This document shows, in pieces, positions 36,882 through 46,595 of a DNA stretch of 64,000 nt (the stretch's first letter is position 1; every line of letters begins with the position of its first letter). Origin of the DNA: Actinomycetota bacterium. Its GTDB lineage: Bacteria; Actinomycetota; UBA4738; HRBIN12. The translations under genes and the position numbers were made by a program. The stretch spans positions 4,185 to 68,184 of the forward strand of contig JAXLTF010000018.1 in NCBI GenBank assembly GCA_046330185.1, in the 5' to 3' direction. Under the pieces are notes generated by a model, which saw only the letters and a list, made by a program, of their open reading frames with translations, made no database searches and was not told where the DNA came from.

Positions 36882-37879
36882 TGCTCGGCCGGCGCGCGCG
36901 ACCCCGGGGGGGTTCCGCGGAGGGCCCCGACCAGCCGCGCGATCGTCTCGGCCGGGCCGTGCTCGGACGTGTAACCGGCGGCGAGCCGATGCCCGCCGCC
37001 TCCGAACCGCGCCGCGACGCTGGCCAGGTCGTGGGCCCCGCGGGGGCGGACGCTGACCTTGAACCGTCCGTCCAGCGCTTCTTCACGACGGCCGCCACGT
37101 CGACGTCGCGGGCCGTCGGATCGCGTCGATCAGGTCGTCCGCGTCGCTCGGATGCACGCCGGCCGCGTCCAGGTCCGCCCGCATCAGGTGCGTCCAGACG
37201 AGGTCGCCGTCCATCTCGGTGGCGAGCCGCTCCATCGCGGTCGCCAGCATGCGCAGGTACGCGGCCGGATGATCTTCGTAGAGCGCCTGGGCGAGCGCCG
37301 CGTGGTCGAACAGGTGCTCGCGGAGGGCCGCCGATCCGCAACGTCTCCGGCGTCGTCGCCTCGTACTGGAACCGCCCCGTGTCGGTCACGAGGCCCGCGT
37401 AGAAGCAGGCCGCGGTCGCGTCGGGCATGGGTCCGCCGATCGCATCGATCGGCCGGAACACCACCTCGCACGTTGACGAGGCCGCCGGATCGACCAGCGG
37501 GATCAGTTCCCAGCCCGTCGTTCGAGCGGTGGTGGTCGATCCAGATCAGCTCCGCGGCCTTGGAGGCTGGCCCGCCCAGCCCGCCCAGCCGGTCGAACGA
37601 CGCGCAGTCGCAGGTGACCATCACGGCCGGCGCCGACGGGAACCTATGCAGGTCGACGAGCTCCTCAGAGCCGGGCAGGAAGCTCGCCCAGCGAGGGGGC
37701 TCGAGGGGCTCGTTGGGGTAGGAGCAGACCGTCTCGGTCCCGCGCGAGCGCAGGAACGCGGCCAGCCCGAGCATCGAGCCCAACGCATCCGCGTCCGGAT
37801 TCACGTGGCAAGCGAGCGCGACCGCGGGCGCGTGCATCAGTACGGACGCCGCCCGCCGGAGCGTGTCATCGATGGTCAT
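36878..37879 (-). pseudogene. nrnA: DHH/DHHA1 oligoribonuclease (NrnA) with about 4 frameshifts; probably sequencing artefact
   Basis: HVNPDADALGS, IDHH, GLVTDTGRF, FKVSVR and FGGGGHRLAAG are recovered only by switching frame near 37505, 37334, 37118 and 37082. Confidence 0.85.
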
Positions 37880-38228
37880 CGGAACGCTCCCCGTGGATCC
37901 CGGCGATCAACCGGTCGATCCGCTCCGCCGTCTCCGGCGACCGATCCTCCTCGAACTCGAGGTCCGGCAGGAACTTCAGCCGGACCTGCTCGCCGACCAC
38001 CGCACGCAGGTGCGGCTTGGCGGATCGGAGCCCGGCGGCCGTCGCACCCCGGGCGCGCTCGTCCCCGTAGGCCGTGTAGTACACCCACGCGTGACGGAGA
38101 TCGGCCGAGACCCTGACGCCCGTCACGGTCACGAACCCGATCCGAGGATCCTTGAGCTTCGGGATCTCCTCGGCGAGGACCTCGCGGACCTCCTCGCCCA
38201 CCCGGTCGGTTCGCGGTCCCCTCGGCAT
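37866..38228 (-). CDS. rbfA: Ribosome-binding factor A
   Basis: KDPRIGFVTVTGVRVSADLRHA...VRLKFLPDLEFEED. Confidence 0.97.
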   Translation of the reverse strand: MPRGPRTDRVGEEVREVLAEEIPKLKDPRIGFVTVTGVRVSADLRHAWVYYTAYGDERARGATAAGLRSAKPHLRAVVGEQVRLKFLPDLEFEEDRSPETAERIDRLIAGIHGERSDDHR

Positions 38229-38282
38229 GCGATCAGACTATCCACCCATCCTCCGCGCGTCGTCCGATCGTCGATCGTCCGG

Positions 38283-38579
38283 TCATCGATCGTCCGGCCC
38301 GAAGAACGACACCTGCCGGTCGATCACCTCGACCTCTACGAAGCGGTCGACGAACCGCTCGATCTCGGCGACCACCTTCCGGACGTGGAACGGCTCGCCG
38401 GCCACGGTCGCGACCGCGAGCTCGCAACGCTGCCAGAGGTCGTGATCGCCCACCTCGGCCACCGAGACGTTGAACGTCGAGCGCAGCCCGTTCGTCAGCG
38501 CCTTGACGACGTGGCGCTTCTGCTTGAGGGACCGGCATCCCGGGATGCGCAGGTCGAACCGTTCCAGCGCGACCAGCAT
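38283..38579 (-). CDS. DUF503/YlxP-family protein
   Basis: SLKQKR...FNVSVAEVGDHDLWQR; between infB and rbfA. Confidence 0.92.
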   Translation of the reverse strand: MLVALERFDLRIPGCRSLKQKRHVVKALTNGLRSTFNVSVAEVGDHDLWQRCELAVATVAGEPFHVRKVVAEIERFVDRFVEVEVIDRQVSFFGPDDR

Positions 38580-38583
38580 GGTC

Positions 38584-40686
38584 CTAGATCGAGCGGGCCA
38601 CCTCGCGGACCTCGAAGGCCTCGATCACGTCGCCTTCCTTGACGTCCTGGAAGTTCTCGATCCCGATCCCGCACTCGTAGCCCTGGGCCACCTCGCGCAC
38701 ATCGTCCTTGAAGCGCCGCAGGGACCCGACCCTCCCCTCGTAGACCACGATCCCGTCTCGGACCAGGCGCGCTCGAGCGTCGCGGATGATCGATCCCTGC
38801 GTGACGTAGCAGCCGGCCACCACGCCCAGGCGAGGGACCCGGAAGATCGCGCGGACCTCGGCCTGCCCCAGCTCGACCTCGTGCTCCTCCGGCTTGAGCA
38901 TCCCGGAGAGCGCCGCCTTGATGTCATCGATCGCGTCGTAGATCACGCGGTACAGGCGGATGTCGACCCCCTCGCGGTCGGACAGCTCGCGCGCCTTGAC
39001 GTCGGGACGGACGTTGAACCCGATCACGATCGCGTTGGACGTGAGGGCGAGCGAGACGTCGTCCCCCGTGATCGCCCCCGCCGCCGCACGCACGATGTTG
39101 ACCCGGACCTCGTCCTGCGGCAGCTTCAGCAGAGCGTCGGTGAGCGCGCCCAGCGAACCCTGCACGTCGGTCTTCACGATCAGGTTCAGCTCGGGGATCC
39201 CGGCGCGCTCCTGCTGCCGCAGCAGATCCGAGAGCGTCGGAGGGCGGGAGGTCACCTGCTCGGCCGCACGGGTTCGGGCCTCGCGGTCCGAGGCGATGTG
39301 GCGGGCCTCCCGTTCGTCGGCTACCTCACGGAAGTCGTCGCCCGAGGCCGGCACCGCGTTCCATCCGAGCACGACCACGGGCTTGGACAGCCCGGCCTCG
39401 GCGACGGGGTCGCCGTTCTCGTCCTGCATCGCGCGGACCTTCGCGTAGGCGGTGCCGGCGACGAGCGCGTCGCCGACCCCCAGGTTCCCGCGCTGCACCA
39501 GCACGGTCGCGACGGGCCCGCGGCCCCTGTCCAGGTGCGCCTCGATGACCGCGCCCCGCGACCGGCCGGTCGGCACCCCCTTCAGCTCCTCGAGATCGGC
39601 GACCAGCAGGATCGTCTCGAGCAGGGTGTCCAGGTTCGTCTTCTCCCGGGCCGAGACGTCGACGAACTCGTACGTGCCGCCCCACTCCGAGGGGACGATC
39701 CCCTTCTCGACCATCTGCTGGCGGACGCGCGCTGGATCGGCGTCCTCGCGATCGATCTTGTTGACCGCCACGACGATCGGCACGCCGGCCGCCTTCGCGT
39801 GGTCCAGCGCCTCGACCGTCTGCGGCATGACGCCGTCGTCCGCCGCGACGACCAAGACGACGACGTCGGTGATCTTCGCCCCCCGCGCTCGCATCGCGGT
39901 GAACGCCTCGTGGCCCGGCGTGTCGATGAACGTGATCTCGCGATCGCCGGCGTGGACCTGGTACGCCCCGATGTGCTGGGTGATGCCGCCGAACTCACCG
40001 GCGACCACGTCCGTCTCGCGGATCGAGTCCAGGAGCTTCGTCTTGCCGTGGTCGACGTGTCCCATCACGGTGACCACCGGCGGCCGCGGCACCAGGGCGG
40101 AGGGGTCGTCGGCCTCGAGCTCCTCAGCTTCCTCCTCTTCCTCGATCCCGACGATCTCGGCCGCGTAGCCCAGGTCGTCGGCGATCAGGGCGATCGCATC
40201 GTCCGACAGCGACGTCGTCGCCGTCGCCATCTCTCCGGCCATGAACAGGATCTTGACGATGTCCGCCGGGGGCCGGTCGAGCTTCTCGGCGATCGACTGA
40301 GGCGTCGATCCCCGCACGAACTGCATCCTCGGCAACGTGGGCTTGTGCGCCGCGGCGGCGGCGGGGGGCGCCGGGACGGGAGGGGCCGGGGCGGGCTCGG
40401 GGGCCGGCTCCTCCGCGGCCACGCCAGCCGCCGGCTCCGGCTTCGGCTCCTCCGCGGGCTTCGCCGGCTTCGGCTTGGGTCTGCGGGGGGCAGGCGGCGG
40501 CTCCAGGACCTCGCGGCGCTTCGGCGCGGCGCCCGTCGCCTTGCCACCCGAGGCCCTCAGGCGCGGGATCAGGTCCTCGGGGACGCTGGACGAGGCCGAC
40601 CGCCCGGTCGTGCCCATCTGTTCGAGCGCCCCCAGCAGCTCCTTGCTGGTGACCCCCAGCTCCTTCGCGAGCTCGTGAACCCTCAT
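38584..40686 (-). CDS. infB: Translation initiation factor IF-2
   Basis: [35 protein letters not shown] and NKID. Confidence 0.99.
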   Translation of the reverse strand: MRVHELAKELGVTSKELLGALEQMGTTGRSASSSVPEDLIPRLRASGGKATGAAPKRREVLEPPPAPRRPKPKPAKPAEEPKPEPAAGVAAEEPAPEPAPAPPVPAPPAAAAAHKPTLPRMQFVRGSTPQSIAEKLDRPPADIVKILFMAGEMATATTSLSDDAIALIADDLGYAAEIVGIEEEEEAEELEADDPSALVPRPPVVTVMGHVDHGKTKLLDSIRETDVVAGEFGGITQHIGAYQVHAGDREITFIDTPGHEAFTAMRARGAKITDVVVLVVAADDGVMPQTVEALDHAKAAGVPIVVAVNKIDREDADPARVRQQMVEKGIVPSEWGGTYEFVDVSAREKTNLDTLLETILLVADLEELKGVPTGRSRGAVIEAHLDRGRGPVATVLVQRGNLGVGDALVAGTAYAKVRAMQDENGDPVAEAGLSKPVVVLGWNAVPASGDDFREVADEREARHIASDREARTRAAEQVTSRPPTLSDLLRQQERAGIPELNLIVKTDVQGSLGALTDALLKLPQDEVRVNIVRAAAGAITGDDVSLALTSNAIVIGFNVRPDVKARELSDREGVDIRLYRVIYDAIDDIKAALSGMLKPEEHEVELGQAEVRAIFRVPRLGVVAGCYVTQGSIIRDARARLVRDGIVVYEGRVGSLRRFKDDVREVAQGYECGIGIENFQDVKEGDVIEAFEVREVARSI

Positions 40687-40958
40687 GCCCGTCCGATGTC
40701 CGCCTCGATCACGTCCCGTAGCCTACCCAGTTCATCGTGCACCCCAGCCGTTCGCAGCGCCCGCGCGAGCGCGCCCCGCGTCAACGCCCGCTCGACGCAG
40801 GACGTGTCGCGGTGCACGTAGGCGCCCCGCCCCGGCGCCGAGCCGGCCGGATCCGGCACGATCTCGCGCCCGCGCGCGACCAGGCGCAGCAGGGACGCCT
40901 TCGGCGCGCGGCCCCTGCAGCCCACGCAGGTGCGCTCGGGCGCGCCGCCGGGCGTCAC
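40683..40958 (-). CDS. YlxR/DUF448 RNA-binding protein
   Basis: PERTCVGCR...GRGAYVH...C; between nusA and infB. Confidence 0.92.
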   Translation of the reverse strand: MTPGGAPERTCVGCRGRAPKASLLRLVARGREIVPDPAGSAPGRGAYVHRDTSCVERALTRGALARALRTAGVHDELGRLRDVIEADIGRA

Positions 40959-40961
40959 GGG

Positions 40962-42207
40962 TCACTCCGAGGGCGCCTCGGCCACCTCGGGGAGGCTCGC
41001 GGGCGGCTCCGCCGCGACGTCGCCGGCCGGCTCGGGGACGTCTCCCGTCGGCGCCTCGGGCGCCGCCTCTGCCGCCGGCTCGGTCGGCGCCTCGGCCGGC
41101 GGGGCCTCCACCGGCGGTGCCTCGGGCGCCGGTGCGCGCTGCTCGTCCCCGAACTGCGTCTCGCTCTTGATGTCGATCCGCCAGCCCGTGAGCCGCGCCG
41201 CCAGGCGGGCGTTCTGCCCTTCCTTCCCGATCGCGAGCGAGAGCTGGTAGTCAGGCACGATCACGAGCGCGGTCGAGGTGTCCGGATCGATCCTCACCTC
41301 CTTGACCTTCGCCGGCTGCAGCGCGTTCGCCACGAACGTCGACGCGTCCGCGCCCCACGGCACGACGTCGATCTTCTCGCCGCGGAGCTCGTTGACGACC
41401 ATCCGCACGCGAGAGCCCTTCGGCCCCACGCACGCGCCGACGGGATCCACACCCGGCTCGTTCGACACGACGGCGATCTTCGAGCGATGCCCCGGCTCGC
41501 GAGCGACCGCCCTGATCTCGACGATCCCCTCCTCGATCTCGGGGACCTCCATCGCGAACAGCGCCTTCAGCAGCCCCGGGTGCGAGCGAGAGACGACGAT
41601 CACTGGGGCCCTTCGTGCCGCGGCGGACCTCCGTGATGTAGGCCTTCAGTCGCTCGCCGTGGCGGTAGGGCTCGGAGGGGACCTGCTCTGCCTGCGGGAG
41701 CAGGGCCTCGACCTTGCCCAGGTCCAGGAGCGTGTAGCGCCGTTCCTGCTGCTGCACGATCCCGGTGACGACGTCGCCCTCGCGGCCGGCGAACTCCTCG
41801 TAGGTCATCTCCCGTTCCGCATCGCGCAGCTTCTGGAAGATCACCTGCTTGGCGGTCTGCGCGCCGATCCTACCCTTGAACTCGTCGGTGACCTCGACCT
41901 CCTCTTCGCCCACGACCTTCATCTCGAGCAGCGGCGGGGCGGGCTCCTCACCCTCGGCCGTCTCGGGCGTCTCGACCTCGACCTCGACCTCCTCGAGCTG
42001 CTGCATCCACATCCGAAGGTCGCCCGTCTCGGGGTCGATCTGGGCTCGGAAGCCCACGAACTCGTCGTCGGCGGTCGGGTTCTCCTGCTTCCACCACGAC
42101 TTGTACGCGGAGGCCATCGCCTCCTCCAGGCCGGCGAGGATCGTCTCGAAGGCGATCCCCTTCTCGCGCTCCAGCTCGCGGAGCGCCGCGATCATCTCGG
42201 CGTTCAT
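40962..42207 (-). CDS. nusA: Transcription factor NusA; frameshift near 41604-41612
   Basis: N-terminal and S1 domains ([11 protein letters not shown]) in one frame; KH domains ([45 protein letters not shown]) in the next. Confidence 0.96.
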
Positions 42208-42668
42208 CTGCCGCTCCCCTTCAGTTCCGCCTCCCAGTCGACGACCGTGCGAGCGGACGCGACCTCGGCGTAGGGGACGCGCTGCTCCCCTCCCGATGCG
42301 GCGACCACGATCGCCTCGTCGTCGGCCGAGAGCAGCTCGCCCTCGTGGATCGTCGTCCCGGCGGCCCCGCGGACACGCAGGCGCACCGTGCGCCCGACCA
42401 CCCGGGCGAACTCGCTCGGACGCCTGAGCGCTCGCTCCAGCCCCGGCGACGACACCTCGAGCGCGTACGGGCCCGGCTCGAAGCCCTCCAGGTCCAGCCG
42501 GCGTGAGATGCGCTCCGAGAGCTCGGCGAGCGAGTCGAGGTCGACCCCGCCGTCGCGATCCACCACGACGTGCAGGACCCTCCGACCCGCCTCGCGACCG
42601 AACCGGACCTCCACGAGGTCCAGACCCGCGCCCTCGATCACCGGGCGTACCAGCGTCTCCGCCTCCAC
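42204..42668 (-). CDS. rimP: Ribosome maturation factor RimP
   Basis: GLDLVEV...VDRDGGVDLD...ISRRLD...YALEVSSPGLERAL. Confidence 0.96.
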   Translation of the reverse strand: MEAETLVRPVIEGAGLDLVEVRFGREAGRRVLHVVVDRDGGVDLDSLAELSERISRRLDLEGFEPGPYALEVSSPGLERALRRPSEFARVVGRTVRLRVRGAAGTTIHEGELLSADDEAIVVAASGGEQRVPYAEVASARTVVDWEAELKGSGR

Positions 42669-42687
42669 GGCCCGGTCACCCCTTCCG

Positions 42688-42714
42688 AACGAAAAGGTGG
42701 GCGCGAGCCCACCT
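42688..42714 (-). terminator. Terminator-like hairpin in the rimP-nusA leader
   Basis: AGGTGGGC-TCGC-GCCCACCT then TTTCGTT; -10 TATACT at 42746-42751 upstream. Confidence 0.7.
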
Positions 42715-42788
42715 CCGGCCATCCTCGGCTGCCTAGACAGGCGAGAGTATAGCCGTTCCCCGGCCAAGCGCGAGCTCCTGACCTGGGG

Positions 42789-43073
42789 TCAGAGGGCGCG
42801 CCGCTGTCCGTCCGGGGTGGCCCACTGATCGCGAGCCTGGATCCGCCGGCCGATCCTAGGATCGTCCCAGCCGTCGTGCGCCGCGATCCCCAGCCTGGCC
42901 GCCGCCTCCCGGGCGGTCTCCTCCGAGGCGTACACGTCGCGGACCCACAGACCCGACGCGTCGATCAGGAGCAGGTCCCACGTGTCCAGCCCCACGTGCT
43001 GGACGACGGCCTCGACCTGGGGTCGGAGCTTCACGAACTCCCGCAGCGACGGGTCGATCCGCAGGCGCGACAT
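42789..43073 (-). CDS. Hypothetical protein (94 aa)
   Basis: Fills the proS-rimP gap; TAGGCT 7 nt before the ATG (leaderless type). Confidence 0.7.
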   Translation of the reverse strand: MSRLRIDPSLREFVKLRPQVEAVVQHVGLDTWDLLLIDASGLWVRDVYASEETAREAAARLGIAAHDGWDDPRIGRRIQARDQWATPDGQRRAL

Positions 43074-43123
43074 CGACGGCAGCCTACGACGGCTCGAGGG
43101 GCGTTCGCGAGCCCCCGGCGCGT

Positions 43124-44830
43124 CTACGGAGCGGCGTCCAGCGCCTCCTGCGCGGCCTGCGCCGCCTCGAACAGCCCGGCCCGAGACCGCTCGCCCGTGG
43201 CCCTGGTCTTGAGGTCGACGGTGCCCGTCGCCACCCCGCGCTTGCCCACGACGACCTGGACCGGGTACCCGATCAGGTCGGCGTCGGCGAACTTGACACC
43301 CGCCGTCGCGTCGCGGTCGTCGATCACGACATCAACCCCACGGTTCCGGAGCTCGGCGTAGACACGCTCGGCCTCGGCGACCGAGGCATCGTCGTCGCGC
43401 GTGGCCACGATCACCACCACCTCGAACGGTGCCAGGCGCCTAAGCCAGATCATCCCGGCCTCGTCGTGCCGCTGCTCGATCGCGGCGGCGATGATCCTGG
43501 TGATCCCGATCCCGTAGCACCCCATCAGGTACGGCTTCTCGGAGCCGTCCTCATCGACGAACCTCGCCCCGAGCGGCTCCGAGTACTTCGTGCCCAGCTG
43601 GTAGATGTGGCTCAGCACGATCGAACGGCCGGTGCGGAGGGTGCCCCCGTCGATCGGGCACGGGTCGCCGTCGCGGAACCCGACCAGGTCCTCCCAACGA
43701 TCCACCCGGAAATCGCGATCGAAGTTCGCGCCCGTCACGTGCCGGTCCTTCGTGTTCGAGCCCGTCACCCAGTCCCGTCCGCCGCGGACGAGATGATCGG
43801 CGAAGACCGTGACGTCCGGACCGAGCCCCTGCGGCCCGACGTAGCCCTTCACGAACCCACGCTCCACGAAGTCCCCCTCTTCGAGCGCCCGTACCTTCTC
43901 GGGGAACACGAGCTTCTCGAGCTTGGTGACGTTCACCTCACGATCGCCCGGGACCAGGACGGCCGCTGTCGCGCCGCCGACGTCGAAGAGGATGCACTTG
44001 AGCGTCCGGGACGGCTCGACCCCCAGGAAGGCCGCAAGAGCCTCGATCGTCGGCGTATCCGGGGTGTCGATCTCGGTCAGGGGCTCGGTCCCGGGCCCGG
44101 CGGGCTCCGGCGCCGCCGGTCTCGCGGCCTCGGTGTCGGACAGGTAGTCGCCGTGCTCGCACTCGACGAACAGATCCTCCCCGACGTCGGAGCGGGCCAT
44201 GAACTCGTGGTTCACCCCGCCCCCGATCTGCCCGGGGTCGGCCTCCACGATCGCGACGTCCAGCCCGCACCGGGCGAAGATCCGTTCGTAGGCCTCGTAC
44301 ATGGTGCGGTACGAGGCCCGCATGCCCTCCTCATCCCGGTCGAACGAGTACGCGTCCTTCATGAGGAACTCCCGCACGCGAAGCAGCCCGTAGCGGGGGC
44401 GGAACTCGTCACGGTACTTCCACTCGATCTGGTACAGGTTGATGGGGAGGTCCCGATACGAGGGCAGGTCGCCGGCCACGAGCGGGGTCACGACCTCCTC
44501 CTGGGTGGGCCCGAGCACCAGGTCGCGATCGTGTCGGTCGGCGAGCTTGAAGAGGGTGTCCCCGTAGAGCTCGTACCGGCCGGTCGCCCTCCAGGGCTCG
44601 GCCGGCAACACGATCGGCATCCGCACCTCGATCGCGCCGGCCCCGTCCATCTCCTCGCGGACGATCGCCTCGATCTTGCGGATCGTACGGAGCCCCAGCG
44701 GAAGGAACGTGTAGACGCCCGCCATGACCTGGCGGATGAACCCGCCGCGGAGCAGGAGCCGGTGGCTCGCGATCTCCGCTTCGGCGGGATCTTCCCTCAG
44801 CGTCGGGACGAAGAGCCGTGACAGGCGCAT
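43124..44830 (-). CDS. proS: Proline--tRNA ligase (bacterial type with editing insertion)
   Basis: MRLSRLFVPTLRE, LGPTQEE, KYRDEFRPRYGLLRVREFLMKDAY and MGCYGIG. Confidence 0.98.
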   Translation of the reverse strand: MRLSRLFVPTLREDPAEAEIASHRLLLRGGFIRQVMAGVYTFLPLGLRTIRKIEAIVREEMDGAGAIEVRMPIVLPAEPWRATGRYELYGDTLFKLADRHDRDLVLGPTQEEVVTPLVAGDLPSYRDLPINLYQIEWKYRDEFRPRYGLLRVREFLMKDAYSFDRDEEGMRASYRTMYEAYERIFARCGLDVAIVEADPGQIGGGVNHEFMARSDVGEDLFVECEHGDYLSDTEAARPAAPEPAGPGTEPLTEIDTPDTPTIEALAAFLGVEPSRTLKCILFDVGGATAAVLVPGDREVNVTKLEKLVFPEKVRALEEGDFVERGFVKGYVGPQGLGPDVTVFADHLVRGGRDWVTGSNTKDRHVTGANFDRDFRVDRWEDLVGFRDGDPCPIDGGTLRTGRSIVLSHIYQLGTKYSEPLGARFVDEDGSEKPYLMGCYGIGITRIIAAAIEQRHDEAGMIWLRRLAPFEVVVIVATRDDDASVAEAERVYAELRNRGVDVVIDDRDATAGVKFADADLIGYPVQVVVGKRGVATGTVDLKTRATGERSRAGLFEAAQAAQEALDAAP

Positions 44831-44886
44831 GAGGTCCCACAGGATAGCGGGCCGCCGTGGAGCCCCCGGCGGATGCTCCGTCGTCG

Positions 44887-44916
44887 TTGACAGCCCGGTG
44901 GTGCGCGCGGGACCAT
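44887..44916 (+). promoter_or_regulatory. Putative trp promoter (TTGACA ... GACCAT)
   Basis: Perfect -35; imperfect -10 ending 9 nt before the leader ATG. Confidence 0.5.
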
Positions 44917-44925
44917 CGGGGCCGC

Positions 44926-44994
44926 ATGCGGACGGACGGGAGGATCTGGGTCTGGCCCGAGGGCTCGCCGAGCCCCGGGATGCCGCCGGCCTGA
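44926..44994 (+). CDS. trpL: Trp leader peptide MRTDGRIWVWPEGSPSPGMPPA
   Basis: 22-aa uORF with TGG-GTC-TGG, 80 nt upstream of trpE. Not in the ORF track. Confidence 0.75.
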   Translation: MRTDGRIWVWPEGSPSPGMPPA

Positions 44995-45047
44995 CACCCA
45001 TCGTCTGCGCCACCGCCGCCCCGGGCTCGCCCGGGGCGTTCGTCTGT
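44961..45047 (+). terminator. Attenuator: alternative 1:2, 2:3 and 3:4 stems
   Basis: 1:2 GGGCTC/GAGCCC (44961-44975); 2:3 CGAGCC..GGG/CCCGGCTCG (44969-44979 with 45021-45029); 3:4 CCCCGG/CCGGGG (45020-45036) followed by CGTTCGTCTGT. Confidence 0.65.
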
Positions 45048-45074
45048 CGGGATCGACGTCGGAAGGAGCAGGTC

Positions 45075-46595
45075 GTGGAGCCGCAGCTACAGGTCCATCC
45101 GGATCGCGGAGCGTTCGACGAGCTCGCCAGCGCATGGCCGGTCGCCCCGGTGTGGGCGGACCTGATCGCGGACGTCTCCACACCGGTCGGCCTGTTCCCC
45201 GCCCTCGCAGGCGACGGGCCGGGGATACTCCTCGAGTCCGTCGAGCGCTCCGAGCGCTGGGGACGCTACTCCTTCGTGGCGGGAGATCCGGCCGGGATCG
45301 TCGTGGTGGACGAGGACGGCGCCCGCCTGAGCGACGTCGTGCGCCCCCTGCCGGTCGACGAGCCCCCGCCGGGGACCGATCCTCGGACCGCCCTGACGGC
45401 GATCGCTCGATCCCTCCGGGGACCACGGCCGCCCGACCTGCCCCCGCTCACCGGCGGGCTGATGGGCTACCTCGCCTACGAGGCGGCGGCTCTGCTCGAC
45501 GACCATCCGGCGCCCGAGGCGGGGACGGCGCCGTGCCCGCCGATCGGCCTCCTGCTGGTCGATCGCGCGGTCGTCTTCGACCACTGGCGCCAGCGACTCG
45601 TCCTGGTGGCGCACGCGAGCGCCGGCGGATACGACGCGGCCGTGACCGCGCTGCACGACCTGGCGACCCGGATCGCGAGCGCGGAGGTCCCGTCGCTGGC
45701 GCCGGCCGTGGATGCGGTCGCGCCCCCCGACGAGGGCGAGGCCAACATGCCGGACGAGGGCTACCGCTGGACGGTCGAGGCCTTCAAGGAGCACATCCGG
45801 GCCGGCGACATCTTCCAGGGCGTGCCATCGCGACGGGTCGCGTTCCCGGCTCCGCAGGGCGGGTTCCCGATCTACCGCCGCCTGCGCGTCACGAACCCCG
45901 CTCCCTACATGTTCTTCGTGCGGATGCTGGGGATGGAGCTCGCCGGCTCCTCGCCCGAGCCGCTCGTGCGCGTCGAGGGCCGGCGGGTCTGGACCCGACC
46001 CATCGCGGGTACCCGTCCACGAGGCCGGACCGAGGTCCGCGACCGGCTCCTCGAGCACGAGCTGCTGGCCGACCCGAAGGAGCAGGCCGAGCACGCGATG
46101 CTGGTCGACCTGGCCCGCAACGACCTCGGGCGCGTCTGCGTCGCGGGGTCCGTACGCCCGACGGAGCTGATGGAGGTCGAGCGGTTCTCGAGGGTGATGC
46201 ACATCGTCTCGACGATCGAGGGCGAGCTGCGCGAGGATCTGCACCCGCTCGATGCGCTCGCCGCCACCTTCCCGGCCGGGACGGTGACCGGCGCCCCGAA
46301 GCACCGCGCGATGCAGCTGATCGCCGACCACGAGCCGACCGCCCGCGGTCCGTACGCGGGGGCGGTCGGCTACCTGACGTTCGCCGGCGACCTGGACTTC
46401 TGCATCACGATCCGCACGGCCGTCGTGGTGGACGGCGACGTGAGCGTGCAGACCGGCGCCGGCGTGGTGGCCGACTCCGATCCCCAGGCCGAGCTCGACG
46501 AGACCAAGAGCAAGGCGGCGGCGCTGCTCCCGGCCGTCGCGGCTCCGACCGCTGGGGACGCTACGCTCGGGGGATCCACGGAGGTGGGCCCGTGA
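45075..46595 (+). CDS. trpE: Anthranilate synthase component I
   Basis: LLES and NPAPYM feedback motifs, GSSPE, PIAGTRPRG, EHAMLVDLARNDLG; AAGGAG RBS and Trp leader. Confidence 0.9.
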   Translation: MEPQLQVHPDRGAFDELASAWPVAPVWADLIADVSTPVGLFPALAGDGPGILLESVERSERWGRYSFVAGDPAGIVVVDEDGARLSDVVRPLPVDEPPPGTDPRTALTAIARSLRGPRPPDLPPLTGGLMGYLAYEAAALLDDHPAPEAGTAPCPPIGLLLVDRAVVFDHWRQRLVLVAHASAGGYDAAVTALHDLATRIASAEVPSLAPAVDAVAPPDEGEANMPDEGYRWTVEAFKEHIRAGDIFQGVPSRRVAFPAPQGGFPIYRRLRVTNPAPYMFFVRMLGMELAGSSPEPLVRVEGRRVWTRPIAGTRPRGRTEVRDRLLEHELLADPKEQAEHAMLVDLARNDLGRVCVAGSVRPTELMEVERFSRVMHIVSTIEGELREDLHPLDALAATFPAGTVTGAPKHRAMQLIADHEPTARGPYAGAVGYLTFAGDLDFCITIRTAVVVDGDVSVQTGAGVVADSDPQAELDETKSKAAALLPAVAAPTAGDATLGGSTEVGP

